The position numbers and the translations under genes were made by a program. From Minutocellus sp. GHC0000111 (Eukaryota): a stretch of 64,000 nucleotides of DNA. Below are positions 35,194-46,802 of this stretch, piece by piece (the first letter of the stretch is position 1; each line of letters starts with the position of its first letter). The stretch spans positions 3,906,001-3,970,000 of the forward strand of contig OZ361257.1 in assembly GCA_977018835.1 (NCBI GenBank). The letters run 5' to 3'. The notes under the pieces were generated by a model. The model had not been told where the DNA came from. It did no database searches and saw nothing but the letters and a program-made list of their open reading frames with translations.

Positions 35194-36585
35194 ATGAAGT
35201 GCCTCATCATCGGAACCGGGGATATGGCCCACGCCCTGACCAACCAGTTCAAGAAGACGCCCAAGGACGAAATGATGCATTCGATCAGCATCGCCAGTCC
35301 AACTCGTGAATACAAACCCGATACTACCTTTCACAATACCGGGGTGGCCTTTGTGCCTTTGGACGAAGGGATGAAAAGTGCCGACGTGATTATCCTCTGT
35401 ATCCCCGGCAGGGCGATGGAATCCTTCCTCGACGAGCACGTCGACAACCTCAAGCACGCCCTGCTGATCGACGTCAACAACGACCCCGAGGCCCACGAGG
35501 CCGAAGCTTTCGAAAAGCACGAGCTGAAGTGGGTGAAGGCCTTCAATGACACCGGTGCCATCGACGTGCTGACCCGCAAGAGCAAGTCTCGTCCCAAGAC
35601 GAGGATGTCTGCCTACGATCCCTACGCTCTGACGGAGACCAAGAACTTTGCCGAGACCGCACTTGGATTTGACGTCCAGGCCCTCTCACATGACATCCGC
35701 AAGGCCTCTGAGCAAGGTTCCATTGGCAAGGAATGGAAGCATTCGGCCTACATTGCCTTTGGTGTGTACTTGTTTTTCTTCATCATCGTCATCTGCACCT
35801 ACTTCATTCGCTGGCCGTGGCCCATCGACAAGCATTCCTTCCCGGTCAGTCTTCACAACAAGGTTATGAGCTCCACCGCTCTCACCCTCTTCGCCCTCAG
35901 TCTCATCCCCGGCACCTGGGTTCGTTTGTTCAAGGCAATCAAGAATAACGATACCATGTACAGGCTTGGACCGAATACCTTGTGGGCCCTGAGTATTCGC
36001 AAGCACGTAGGGCTAATGGGCCTCTACTTTCTCTTTCTTCACGCCGTCATGAGTCTCATCGACTTTGGCCCTCATCACTACTATTGGATTTTCTACGATG
36101 GCCCAGATGCCAAGGGTATGAATCTGTATGGCGAACTGTCGATGATGTTTGCCGTCATTTCATTCTCCCTCTTCATCATCACCGGCATTGCCAGTCTCCC
36201 AAGTGTTGGCGACGCAATGAACAAGGCTCAATTCGACTTCGTCTACGGCCCAATCGTCTGGTTGGCACTCATCACCGGCCAGATCCATTGCGTCATCATT
36301 TTCTTTAAGGCCATTCGCGGTACCCGTGAACTCTACGGCGGTATTCCGCACTCGGCTACTCTCGGCATGATTATGCCTTGGGTCGCCATCGGACTCAAGG
36401 TCATCCAAATGATCGCATGCCGTATCCTGCCCTTCATTTACGAGAAGACCGGTAAGGCCGACGAGCTGCAGACTACTCAGCACAAGGGAAGTCAGCATTT
36501 TGGCAGCATGAACATCAGCCGTCACTCTACGAAGAGTCTAGCAGTTTCCGATGAAAAGAACCTCTTCACCAATGAGGCAGCCTAA
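35194..36585 (+). CDS. STEAP-like metalloreductase (FNO-like NADPH Rossmann domain + ferric-reductase-like 6-TM domain)
   Basis: 'IIGTGDMA', 'ADVIILCIP', 'LIDVNN', 'WVKAFN'; TM part 'RKHVGL..FLHAVMS', 'GIASLPSV..MNKAQFDFV', 'GQIHC' with two candidate heme His. Intact, no intron. Confidence 0.88.
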   Translation: MKCLIIGTGDMAHALTNQFKKTPKDEMMHSISIASPTREYKPDTTFHNTGVAFVPLDEGMKSADVIILCIPGRAMESFLDEHVDNLKHALLIDVNNDPEAHEAEAFEKHELKWVKAFNDTGAIDVLTRKSKSRPKTRMSAYDPYALTETKNFAETALGFDVQALSHDIRKASEQGSIGKEWKHSAYIAFGVYLFFFIIVICTYFIRWPWPIDKHSFPVSLHNKVMSSTALTLFALSLIPGTWVRLFKAIKNNDTMYRLGPNTLWALSIRKHVGLMGLYFLFLHAVMSLIDFGPHHYYWIFYDGPDAKGMNLYGELSMMFAVISFSLFIITGIASLPSVGDAMNKAQFDFVYGPIVWLALITGQIHCVIIFFKAIRGTRELYGGIPHSATLGMIMPWVAIGLKVIQMIACRILPFIYEKTGKADELQTTQHKGSQHFGSMNISRHSTKSLAVSDEKNLFTNEAA

Positions 36586-36976
36586 AAGTTTTGACCGAAG
36601 CTATGTATGCATGCTTTGAAGAGACCGAAATCCCTTCATATTTTTATGGGTTTACGTGTAAACACTTCGATTTGAAGACACCAAAGTTCGATTAGAACTT
36701 TATTTTGACAGCATTTTGAGCCTTTTCTATTGCTTGTAACCGCCCTCGGGCAAATTACTTCGAAATGCCCTTCGTAATATTTTTGCGAGCTCTTCCGAGC
36801 GAAAAATATTAAATAGGGTCGTTATTTTAAGTAATATGTAAATGCTTAACTTTGAATTAGTCAGTACTAAATAATCTGTAGCGCCAGCAATGCAACAATG
36901 CCTGTATGACTTCGGATGGTACCATGGTACTCCCTTGATCTCTTCTCTCAACTCTTGTGATGAAATAAAGAAAAAG

Positions 36977-38572
36977 TTACCAATCCTCCAACACAGCCGT
37001 GCAGTCTCCAACTGTCGCTGCACCGCCGGCCAAACGCTCGGTCAGTTCCTCCACCATGCTGCGATTGTCCCTCAACAGCGCATCGGCCTCGGCATAGGCC
37101 CATCGCAACACCGCATCGGCATTCTGCTCGGCAAATTCTGGATCTCCTCCTCCGAGCAAATCGTTCACCACCTCCACGGCCTCGGCACTGACGGAACCGG
37201 CCCGCTCCCTCAACCGCCTGAGCAGGCCCGCCCCCTCCCGCGGATCGGACGCGATGAGCTGCGCGTGGCGGCCGTTCTCCATGGCCACCGGGGCCATGAT
37301 CCAGATCAGGACCTTGAGGATGCCGGCATCCGACAACAGCGAGTCGACGCTCTGCGAGTACGAGTCTTGTTTGGTGCTTTCGAATATCAGGACGCCCCCC
37401 TCCAACGCATTGGGTCGGAAGGCAAAGCACGGCAATCCGAGGGCGTAGGCCACAAACAGCGCGGCGGCCTCGCATTGACATTCTCGTTCGGTATCCACCG
37501 ACAAGAGTCGGGTCAGCCCCCGGACGACCGTGCCGGTGATCTTGCCCTGTCCCAACCCCAGGGGCACGTCCTCCTTGTCGGGCAGGCTGGCATCCTTGAT
37601 GGCGTCGGGCATCCGATCCCTTTGGGTGCTGGCCAGCAGAGAGGTTCCGCCCTTGAGGGCATCGTAAAAGTTGTCCACGACGCCCACCGTCAGGGCGGTG
37701 CCGATGACGAGATCGGCGGGTCCCTGCAGATCTTCCAGACCGAACAGTCCACCGACGAAACGAACGAAAACACAAAATCCCAACACACCCATGGTGGCTA
37801 GTGCTGCGGTAACTTCTGTGGTCCGATCGTCCGTGGGTACATCTTGCAGCAGACTCAACCGTTCGTCTCTCGTGCGGCTCACCCCATCGGGACAAACAAT
37901 CCGTGCATTCGGGTTGGTCGGTATCGGGGTAACGAACGACTGCAAGCTCCCGTAGTTGCGGATCCCACCGTTGGTTTTGCCCAGACTCATGACGGTGGCC
38001 ATGGCGGTGGCACTTTCGGTCGTGACGGTGGCGTCGACGAGGGCCGAGAGGGAGCGGGGACTGGCCCGGACGCGCCGGCCGTTCATCTCCCGGAGGAGGG
38101 AGAGCGGATCGGACAGGGTGGCGAAGGCCCGCTCGGTGGGGGACAGGGCGGCGAGGCGGGCGGCCTGTTGGGCCTCCTCGGCCGACACGCCGGCTGATCC
38201 GTCCATGTCTGCTGCATCGCCATTATTGTCATCGGGAGGTGCAGCAGTTTGCTTTTGCTCCCCGTCGAGTATCTTGGCACAAAGTCCGGTCAGCACGGCG
38301 TCGTACTGATCGCTCTGGCTCAGGGCCGAGAAGGCATCGTTCAGCAACGATGCGCCCGCGGAACCAAACGATATGCCCGTATTGCTGGAGCCATTGGGTT
38401 CCGAGTAGATGGCACTGCTGGATGTTGTTGATACCCTTTTGTTGTCTTCAGATGACCTCGCTTGGGTCGTTGGATGTTGAACGTATCCTTTGGAGGGGAG
38501 GAAGGCATTTGATGTGCCGACTATTATTGACGAGGCTGAGAGCAGCAGTGCCAAGCTCGGAGAGTGTGTCAT
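36977..38572 (-). CDS. Plastid-targeted membrane protein with a degenerate M41 (FtsH-type) peptidase-like domain, no AAA domain
   Basis: Signal + 'SNA-FLP'; two TM helices; 'RECQCEAAALFVAYALGLP', 'MAPVAME' and 'LRWAYAEADALLRDN..ATVGDC' resemble VIR3-like M41 proteins. Confidence 0.65.
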   Translation of the reverse strand: MTHSPSLALLLSASSIIVGTSNAFLPSKGYVQHPTTQARSSEDNKRVSTTSSSAIYSEPNGSSNTGISFGSAGASLLNDAFSALSQSDQYDAVLTGLCAKILDGEQKQTAAPPDDNNGDAADMDGSAGVSAEEAQQAARLAALSPTERAFATLSDPLSLLREMNGRRVRASPRSLSALVDATVTTESATAMATVMSLGKTNGGIRNYGSLQSFVTPIPTNPNARIVCPDGVSRTRDERLSLLQDVPTDDRTTEVTAALATMGVLGFCVFVRFVGGLFGLEDLQGPADLVIGTALTVGVVDNFYDALKGGTSLLASTQRDRMPDAIKDASLPDKEDVPLGLGQGKITGTVVRGLTRLLSVDTERECQCEAAALFVAYALGLPCFAFRPNALEGGVLIFESTKQDSYSQSVDSLLSDAGILKVLIWIMAPVAMENGRHAQLIASDPREGAGLLRRLRERAGSVSAEAVEVVNDLLGGGDPEFAEQNADAVLRWAYAEADALLRDNRSMVEELTERLAGGAATVGDCTAVLEDW

Positions 38573-39064
38573 GGCTGCAGATTTATTTATATCTCGTCCC
38601 TGCCTTTGTGTCAAGCCAGCGGTGGCACTGCTGGCACTCTTCGAGCAGTGGCAACGTCGGCAACAGCACCGCCGATACGCCACCAAAATGAGGCCGAAAT
38701 TGTCGTATGCAGTCGTCATCGTCAAAAGTTCAAAGTGGAAACAGAGAGGCAAAGATGAGCCAAAAAGAAAAGAAGAAAAGAGAAGAGGCAGGAGTTTGAA
38801 AATCTCGGCCACATCTCCCCACCAGCAAGGCAGGGAAGGCCCAACAACCCGCCCGATTCTTCCTTTGCCTGTGATCGAACTCCGCATTCCTAGGGATCCT
38901 CCTTTTTATCGTTTTGATTTCTGCGGTGGCGAATCTGGCGTACGTTTGATTTGTAATAATTGAGAACCTCGGTCGATCAGAGCAGGGAGTCGAGTCGCAA
39001 GATACCGGGCCAGGAAGCGGAGAGAACTCGGCCCGCGTTTGCAATAGCTTGACTCACCACTACC

Positions 39065-40186
39065 ATGGGCAAGAAGAGCAAGAGGAAGGCCGCCAAGACC
39101 GCCGCTACGGCTGCTGGCGGTATTACTTCGATGGGTGGTTATAGCAACGGCCAGCTCACCCTTGGTCCTCGGCCCGATGGCATCACGTGCACGAACAAAG
39201 ACCCGAACCTGTGTGCCTTATGCTCTTCCGTCATGCATATGCATGCCAATTCCTTTGAGCTGAGGCTCTGCTGTGGTACCAAGATGTGTAGCAGCTGCTG
39301 GTATACAAATGGCCGGTGCAGTTTTTGCAAATTTCTTGACGAGTCTACTCAGCAGGTTGCTCGCTTTGCCAAGAAGAGAGCGAAGGAAGGGTTTCCCTGG
39401 GCCTGCCATTTGTTGGCCGATTTATATCGAAAAGGAGTACCTCTCTGCCTCCAGCAGTCGGATTGGGAAGCGGCTCGGTGGTATGAAGAAGGAGCTTCTG
39501 GAGACCATCCCGTCTCGTGCCTTCGTCTTGCACGGCTCTACCGACAAGGTGTCGGTTACAAGAAGGATCTTGAGAAAGCTCGGATCATGTTTGAGAAGGC
39601 AATGCGCCTCCGCGCGGAAAACTTTATTCGTCGTGACTTCCCAATCTTCAACATTGGGTACGAACTTGCAGCGGAACTTTTGGATGCTGAAAGAATAGAA
39701 GAGGGTCTTTTGGTTCTGCTTCCTTTAGCGCGAAGGGGGTTTGGAGAAGCGCAGTGCATGATGTGCAGTTTAAGTCGTCGCGTTGGTGATCTCAAGGGAG
39801 CTACGCTCTGGGCTATCACATGCTCAGAGAACCCAAGAAACCTTCTTACTGATACTAGCCGCTTTGCTGCTCTTAGCTGCTCCATGGAAGTTCAGAGTCT
39901 CCCCCTTTGTCGGTATTGGTATGGGCTTCTTTCCGACTCTACGGATGAAGACACTAAGATTCTGAAGAATGCCCATGACATGCTTTGCCTCATTCGGCAG
40001 GAATGTGCATGGTGTCACGCCAGTATCGACCGATCCACCCGAAAAATGTGCAAGGGCTGCAAGGCGCATTGTTATTGTAGCGAGGATTGTCAAAGAGCCC
40101 ACTGGAATGCCGAGGAAAACGACCACAGGAGTGAGTGTCAGAAGGTGATGGAGGTCAAGAAGAAAGTTGCGGCGATGAATAAGTGA
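39065..40186 (+). CDS. RING-like + Sel1 + MYND zinc finger protein (intact paralogue)
   Basis: MGKKSKRK..LGPRPDGITCTN.DP; CCGT..CSSC..CSFC; Sel1 repeats; 'CAWC..KMCKGCKAHCYCSEDCQRAHW..HRSEC'. Confidence 0.88.
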   Translation: MGKKSKRKAAKTAATAAGGITSMGGYSNGQLTLGPRPDGITCTNKDPNLCALCSSVMHMHANSFELRLCCGTKMCSSCWYTNGRCSFCKFLDESTQQVARFAKKRAKEGFPWACHLLADLYRKGVPLCLQQSDWEAARWYEEGASGDHPVSCLRLARLYRQGVGYKKDLEKARIMFEKAMRLRAENFIRRDFPIFNIGYELAAELLDAERIEEGLLVLLPLARRGFGEAQCMMCSLSRRVGDLKGATLWAITCSENPRNLLTDTSRFAALSCSMEVQSLPLCRYWYGLLSDSTDEDTKILKNAHDMLCLIRQECAWCHASIDRSTRKMCKGCKAHCYCSEDCQRAHWNAEENDHRSECQKVMEVKKKVAAMNK

Positions 40187-40392
40187 AGGGAAGCGAGCAA
40201 TGCATTCATGCTAGATGGTACTAGTATTGGCGGCTGGCATTCTACAATATAGCGATTTATCATATTCCCAACATAGATGAAATCATTCATGAGAAAACTA
40301 TTACTGCTCCCTACGTAGATACCAAAATATTTCACCATCTGCAGCTCTAATTGATTTCATCTCGTACGATATACCGTCAAAGTACTATGCAT

Positions 40393-41563
40393 TTATTCTT
40401 CCACATCCTGCTCTTCCGCCTCAATCGTTTTGAGCATATCCTTGGCCTCCTCAAAGTCTGTCTCCTGGATCTGATCCTGATATCCGGCCTCGACGATCTT
40501 GGTCAGCCAGTACTTGGCCATCTCGCGATTCTTGGGGAGTGGATCACCGTGGAAGAACTCAAACCCGAGGAAGTAGGCGGCTGTAGAAGGTGTGGATGGT
40601 GATATCAATGAAGGAACGATTTGAGATTAAACACAATATTTGATGAAAGCAATGACGGGGAGTCATTGGCTGGCTACATGTATTCTGCATTCACTCATTG
40701 TACTCACCCAACTCGCTGCCACGTTCGGCGGCACTGGCCATCATGATGGATCCCTCCATCGGACTCGCGGTAATGCCCTCTCCATAGAACAGACAGAACC
40801 CCTGGTGGCCAAGACCACGCGCGCTACCCAGCTGTGCAGCACGGCAGTACCACTCGTATCCCATGGCCTTGTCCTGAACGAACCCATCGGACCCATCGAG
40901 GTATTCATTTCCCAGCAGGACCATGGCATCGGGATCGGGGTTGGCCATATCGGTGGCCCTGTGGAACATCTCATCGACCTCGGCCCATCGATTGGCACCG
41001 TACTCGTCATCATTGCTCTCGAGGGCACCGCTCTGGACCAGGGCGCGGATGGTCGTGCGGACAGATTCGGGAGCAGGCGTGAGGGTTGTTCCTATGGCCT
41101 CATTGGTCATGGGGGAGAGGAGGGTGGGAGACGACTTGGCATTCTTCTTGAATCGATCAAAGTGAGCCAGGATGGCAGCACGGTTGTAGGTGCGTCCGTC
41201 CTGAAAGTTGTGATAACGTGATAACGATATAATTGACGATTCATTCAAATGCTGATGAGAACAAAGTAGGAGAATCGAATTGTTTGTACGTTAGCATCAC
41301 ACGATATGAATGAATACATGCATTCAAACAATTGCGATTTTATACATGCTTACCTCGGCAACGACCGGATCAAGAGGCAGCTTTTTGCCGATCGAGCAAA
41401 GGAACTGCCCGGCGATACTGGCAATGGCCGCCTTCTGCCGATTGTTCTCCTGGAGTTCGATGGTCGTCAGCATCGACGTGTCGGCCGTCGCATCCGAGGA
41501 ATCCAGAGGTGAGACCGCCTCGGCCGAGACGGTGATGGAGGTACTCTTGCGCTTCTTGGGCAT
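40393..41563 (-). CDS. U-box + Sel1-like repeat protein (putative E3 ligase); introns 41201-41353 and 40581-40707
   Basis: Spliced 'QFLCSIGKKLPLDPVVAE|DGRTYNRAAI..LSPMTNEAIG' U-box; three Sel1-like repeats; PKKRK NLS. Both GT-AG introns preserve frame. Confidence 0.87.
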
Positions 41564-41876
41564 GGTAGGCGATGTGTTGGTGGTGATGCAGGGAGTACTT
41601 GGGCCTTGGACGGGCAACAAAAAAAGATGATGTGGTATCTTGGCGCCTAACAAAATCGACATCTCACTTATCGTCCTTTCGTCCTTTCCCCTCTTTCCTG
41701 TGTATTCCTCAGAAACCATCGATCATGAAAGGAGAGAGAGCACCGCGGTACCCCCAACGCTGCTAAAGATTTACCAACCAATCTATTGTATACGAACGTA
41801 TGTCTTCCCAAATAACTCTACATATTATTCTTTTATCTACTAACGCCACATTGCCGTTTTCTTTCTTCATTTCTGC

Positions 41877-43006
41877 TCAGTTCTTCATCATCGCAATCGT
41901 CTTCTTCTTGACTTCCATCGCCTTCTGACAATCACTCTTATGACCGCCCTCTTTCGCATTCCAATGCGCCGCCTGGCATTCCCGGCTACAGTAGCAGTGC
42001 GCCTTGCATCTCTTGCACAACTTGCGAGTCGATTTACTGAGCTTGGTACTGCACCAAGCACATTCCTGCCGAAGACTGCAAAGGTCTTGATTGGTGCTCT
42101 TCAATAAGCTTTTCCGCGACTTTCCCAGCCGTTCATCGTCGGCAAGATCTACGTTGGAGGCGACTCCGTACCACATGCGAACAACACAAAAATTCTCGAT
42201 GTTGAGTGCTCCCGCCAATGCAGAAATGGGACAGTCAGGGCTCTCTGACGCCTTTTTGTTACAACGTCGACACCCTTCAAAGTCCTCAGCCCGGTCATAG
42301 ATTACACTCAGCATCCTTAGTGCCTGGCCACCTGCTTTGTCTGCAAACATCTCCATAGTGGAAAGGACACAATGACCCTTTTCGATCTCTCCATTCCCAA
42401 AGAGGGCAGTTAAAATATTGTTACCTGTCGAAAGTACTTCTTTGTAGTCATATTGGAACGGGATACATGCACGCGCGGCCTTCTCGAATGTGACACAGGC
42501 CTTTTCCAGGTTGCGCTTGCAACCGAAGCCAACGATCAAGCGATCCACTTGCTGGATGCACGAGACTGGTGGTCTTGATTAGCTGCTTTTTCGAAAAGTC
42601 GAAAGGCTTCCTCGTCTGACTGAAGAACGTATGGAAGAAAACTAGCTTGATGGAGCGATCCCAAAAAGTGATGTGCCCAGGCGAATCCCTGCTTAGACCT
42701 CTTCTTTGCATAGCTAGCAACTGTGCTCTGATACCACCGTATTTTGCAGACACAACATCGGTCATACGAAAGGCAATCGGTGCAAACCATCGTGCCGCAG
42801 CAGACGTTTAGCTGGCGGATTCCCTTTTGCTCTCTCAAGGGAATGGCACGAGAACAGACGGCACAGGCGTATGGATCATCGTTTGTGGATGTGATACCGT
42901 CGGGCCGAGGACCAAGGATGAGCTGCCCGTTTCCAGGGACTGGAGCAACACCCCCTGCAGCAGCCGCTGCCGCCTTGGATGCCTTCCTCTTGCTCTTCTT
43001 ACCCAT
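41877..43006 (-). CDS. RING-like + Sel1 + MYND protein (1-nt frameshift at ~42568)
   Basis: Same N-terminus and MYND finger as 39065..40186. Adding one C gives DHPVSC, matching the paralogue. Confidence 0.82.
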
Positions 43007-43582
43007 GGGATTGACTGTATCTCTCGAGTTCTGGTCCCGTATCTTCCTGTCCGAGTGACTCGAAGAAATTCAAATCAAACTCTGTATGATCAGCTCGAAA
43101 GTAGACACACAATAACCGATAATGATGGAAGAGAATGCGTTGCTATGGTGTGATTGCGCCTGGTCGCGGTGTCCTATTTTGCCCCTTTGCCTGCAACTCT
43201 CGCCTTCTCGTGCCTTGCTTTGCTTTTTGCCGAAATGGCTGGAGCAATCGATCGTTCTTTTCCTCTCTTCTCCTTTTCTTGTTTTCATATATAACTCCAA
43301 CTGAAGTGCAAAATGCAAAATGACGATGCAAAATCCGTGGCAAAAGTATTCAATTAGGTATTGAAAACGTCACTGATAACCATGTGGCTCTATTGTCGAT
43401 CTGGCTTGTGTTACGCCTTATTACAATCAAATAGAGTCTAGCCATGTTCAAACCATCAATTCGTACGTGTATTCAACTGTCACCTTTTTTTATCGGTAGG
43501 TGCTCCTCACCACCACCGTAGTTTACTTATTTTCCGGCTGCGGATTATCAGCGCGGCATTTATTCAGAACTTCCTTATCTTC

Positions 43583-44836
43583 TTAAACAAATTGCTCGGG
43601 GTGATACAATAAGTCCGATATCTTTCCCTCTTCGGGACACAATTCTGCCTTGACGACCATCTCACCACTTTCCTCCTCCCTCACAACACGCTTAATCCAG
43701 ACTCCCGGTCGACCAGTACGCTCCTTGCAAAAGGATACTTGTCGATCATCAGCAGTCAACTTTGGGGCAGATCCCTTGCCACTTCTTCCACCGGCATCGC
43801 CCATCCATTCCTCCAGCACCGACCCCTGCCTCCCTTCCATGCTCAATACACGAAACGCATCATCCTCCACGACCAGAGCCGCCCAATCATCAATGCCAAT
43901 GCCAAGCTCCGTGGGATGACGGAGCAGAATGGCATCGAAGTCGTCCGATCGGTGCACACCGTTGGACTAGACCTTGTCGTGATGGGGACATACCAAACCT
44001 GGGAGAATGCCTAGGGCCGGCACTCGCAGGTAGGACCACTCCTTGGGCCGTTCGCCTTGGGCCGGTGCCGCCGATATCTCAATCTTGCTGCTATCGGCTT
44101 CCGCTTGTTTGCTGCCGTCTGCATCATTCGCATTTACTTCTGCGTTCGCAGTTGCACTTCCCTCGGGCACATACCTCTCCCTTCCAGCAAACTGCCCCAC
44201 CATTGCTTCTCGAAACGTTTCCGGGTCGGCCGAATCGCTATGTCCCCCATCGAACCAGCAAATGGCACCGGCGCTGCCACCACAAATCACCACGCCACGC
44301 TCCAGCGCGGCCCGGCGGAGCATGTCATCCATGCCCAAGTTGTGCCACCGATCGATGGCGTACAGCGTGTTGCCACCGCTCACGAGGATGATGTCGGCCC
44401 ATTGACATATGCGATGTTGCATCTCTTCGGTAGAGATGTCGGTTTTACTTGCCACGTCGAGACAATGCACTTGGCATTTGGCCCCACCATTCTCGCGACG
44501 ACCAAAGGCATCGGTCTGCATCGACCGGAATAGCGGTAGGTCGTACGTAGCCGTCCCGAGGTACAGCAGGTGGATGCTGGCCGCATCATCGTGCTCATCT
44601 TTGGCCCTTGGCTTGGGACGAGGCACCAACGACAGCACCTCGGACACCACGGCGGAATCGGTAAAGGGCGAGCACGAGCCTAGGAAAAGGCCGCGGAGAG
44701 TTGGAGGTGGGACGAATGCACGTCGTCGAACGGCATCGTCGCGTGAATCTGAATCTCTGGTCGTCATCGTCGCTCGTCTCTTTGGCTGACCCTGCCTTCT
44801 TGCTTGTTGCGTTGCTGCTTTTGTCAGTTCCACCAA
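43583..44836 (-). CDS. Peptidase S51 family (dipeptidase E-like), interrupted by an in-frame TAG at 43967-43969
   Basis: 'LYLGTATYD', 'ADIILVSGGNT', nucleophile 'GGSAGAICWF', 'CPHHDKV*SNG', 'GIGIDDWAALVV'. The two ORFs share one frame. Start uncertain. Confidence 0.85.
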
Positions 44837-45110
44837 TCTTTTCGACTTTTATGGGCTATTTCCATCTTTTTGAGGGCTACAATCGTCCTTTTGTTATCAA
44901 ATAACATTTATGCCCGACAGGCTCGCGGCGTCTTGCCTGATCGTGACGACGGGCCTCCTTCGTGATTGCATGTCATTTATGCATTATTATTGCATAACTT
45001 CCAAGAGAGATACACCTAGCTAGTAGGAAGATACAGTTGCACGGTCCCAAGATTGAGGCAACATGGCAGATCAGCCCACCATGCAGTCGAAAAGGCGGCG
45101 TCAACGGGCG

Positions 45111-46746
45111 ATGGCTGTGATGCCCACTTCGCGTAAGCTGCTGCTCCTCTCCACCCTCGTTCTGGCACTTGCGCAACACTTGCCCCCCACAACCGCCGAG
45201 GAATGTGGCAACTGCTTCGGTGCCGGGGAGCCCGGCCAGTGCTGCAATACGTGCGACGACATCATCCGGGCCTACAAGAAGAAGAAGTGGGGCTACAAGG
45301 AGTCGGACTTTGGCCCGTGTCGCGATCGGGATGCCAAGTTTGCCCAGGAACACGACAGGTTGGAGAGGGAGAAGAAGGCCAAAAGTAATAGCAACAATAA
45401 GAAGAAGCCTGCTGCTGTGCAAAATAACAACAATAATCAAAAGAAAGCCAAAGACGACGCGGCAGCACAAAAGAAGCGCGAGGAGGAGATTGCCGCCAAG
45501 CTGCAGCGGGGGGTGGAAGCCAAGAAGAAGCGTGAGGAGGCAGAAGCCCAAAAGAAAAAGAATGCCGACGCCGAGGCCGAGGCCGCCCGCCAAAGAGAAA
45601 TCGCCGAGCGGGTCAAGAAGGGTGCCGAGGAGGCTGCTGCCGCCAAGAAGAAGCGTGAGGAGGAGCAGAAACGTCAAAAGGAAGAGAGAACAGAAGGACG
45701 CCGCCGCCGCCAAGGCTGCCGCGGAGCGGAGGGCGCAGAAGCAAGAACGACAACATAAGCAGGCCAATCAACGGATGGCCAAAAAGAGCAAGTCAAACGA
45801 CGACAAGTCTGAGGTCAAGAAGTATGATGACAAGCCAGAGAAAATTTCAGCTGGAGATAATACCATGGTAGACCGGGTCAAGTCCAAGATACACGACAAG
45901 ATACAGGATGTGCGAGATCATCACCCGCTAGTCGACAAGACAGCATCGGTGCTGGCCCAGACGGCACATGTGATTGACGAGGTGGCCCACAAGGCCTTGG
46001 AATCGGAGACCGGCCAGGCCACCCTTCACAAGGCCAAGGATGCATACGCCAAGACATCGGAAGGTGCCGGCAGTGCGGCTCATAAATTGGCCGACAAGGT
46101 TGCTCCGTCGGCATCCGCCAGGTATGTGTCGGAGAGTCATCATTCCCTCATTGGTGGGTTCATAGTAATTGTTCTTGGTAGCATAGCGGCCCTGTCAGCC
46201 TGTTCCTGCTACCTAAAGCAAAGCAAGAAGCGTCGAATGCATCCCGGCATCCGGAAGGAGAAGGCCGATCTGGATTACGAAGGAGGGGACATTGAGGGCG
46301 GCGCCGTCTTTCGGGACGGCGGGGATAAGCAGCAGCCCTTCCAGCTGTACCACGAATTCGAGTACAAGATGCGACGGAGGTATCAAGGTTCGAGCTATTC
46401 GTATGCCGCGGCCGACAGCCCTCCTCAACCTGTTCGGACGCCGCCACAGAGCATGCAGCAATCCAACACGTACACATATCGGCAGCACAGCGTTGGGAAG
46501 AACGGCGAGCCGGTCACTGTGACGTATTCGGAAGAGTACAAGGACAAGCCCATAATAAGCAAGGGCAAGAAAGGAGGTGGTTACTCTCCTCGAAGGAGGC
46601 TCCTTACGACTGTTCTTGGGGTGGCAGCTGTCGGATATGTCGGGATGGCATATGTGATGCCCGCAGATATGACCTTTGGAGATTTATGGCTCTTGACTGC
46701 AGAGTTTGTGGATGCAAAGCTTGGCCATCATGGGTTGGTACTGTAA
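45111..46746 (+). CDS. Secretory-pathway membrane protein: ERGIC3/Erv46-like Cys motif + charged coiled coil + 2 TM (frameshift ~45680)
   Basis: Signal peptide; 'CGNCFGAGEPGQCCNTCDDIIRAYKKKKWG'; K/E/A-rich helix continuing in the +1 frame; TM helices near 46150 and 46610. Confidence 0.65.
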
Positions 46747-46802
46747 CATTAGTCGTTTCGTATTTGTTATGTTTAAAATGGGCTCTTCATTAGTGTAATC
46801 CA

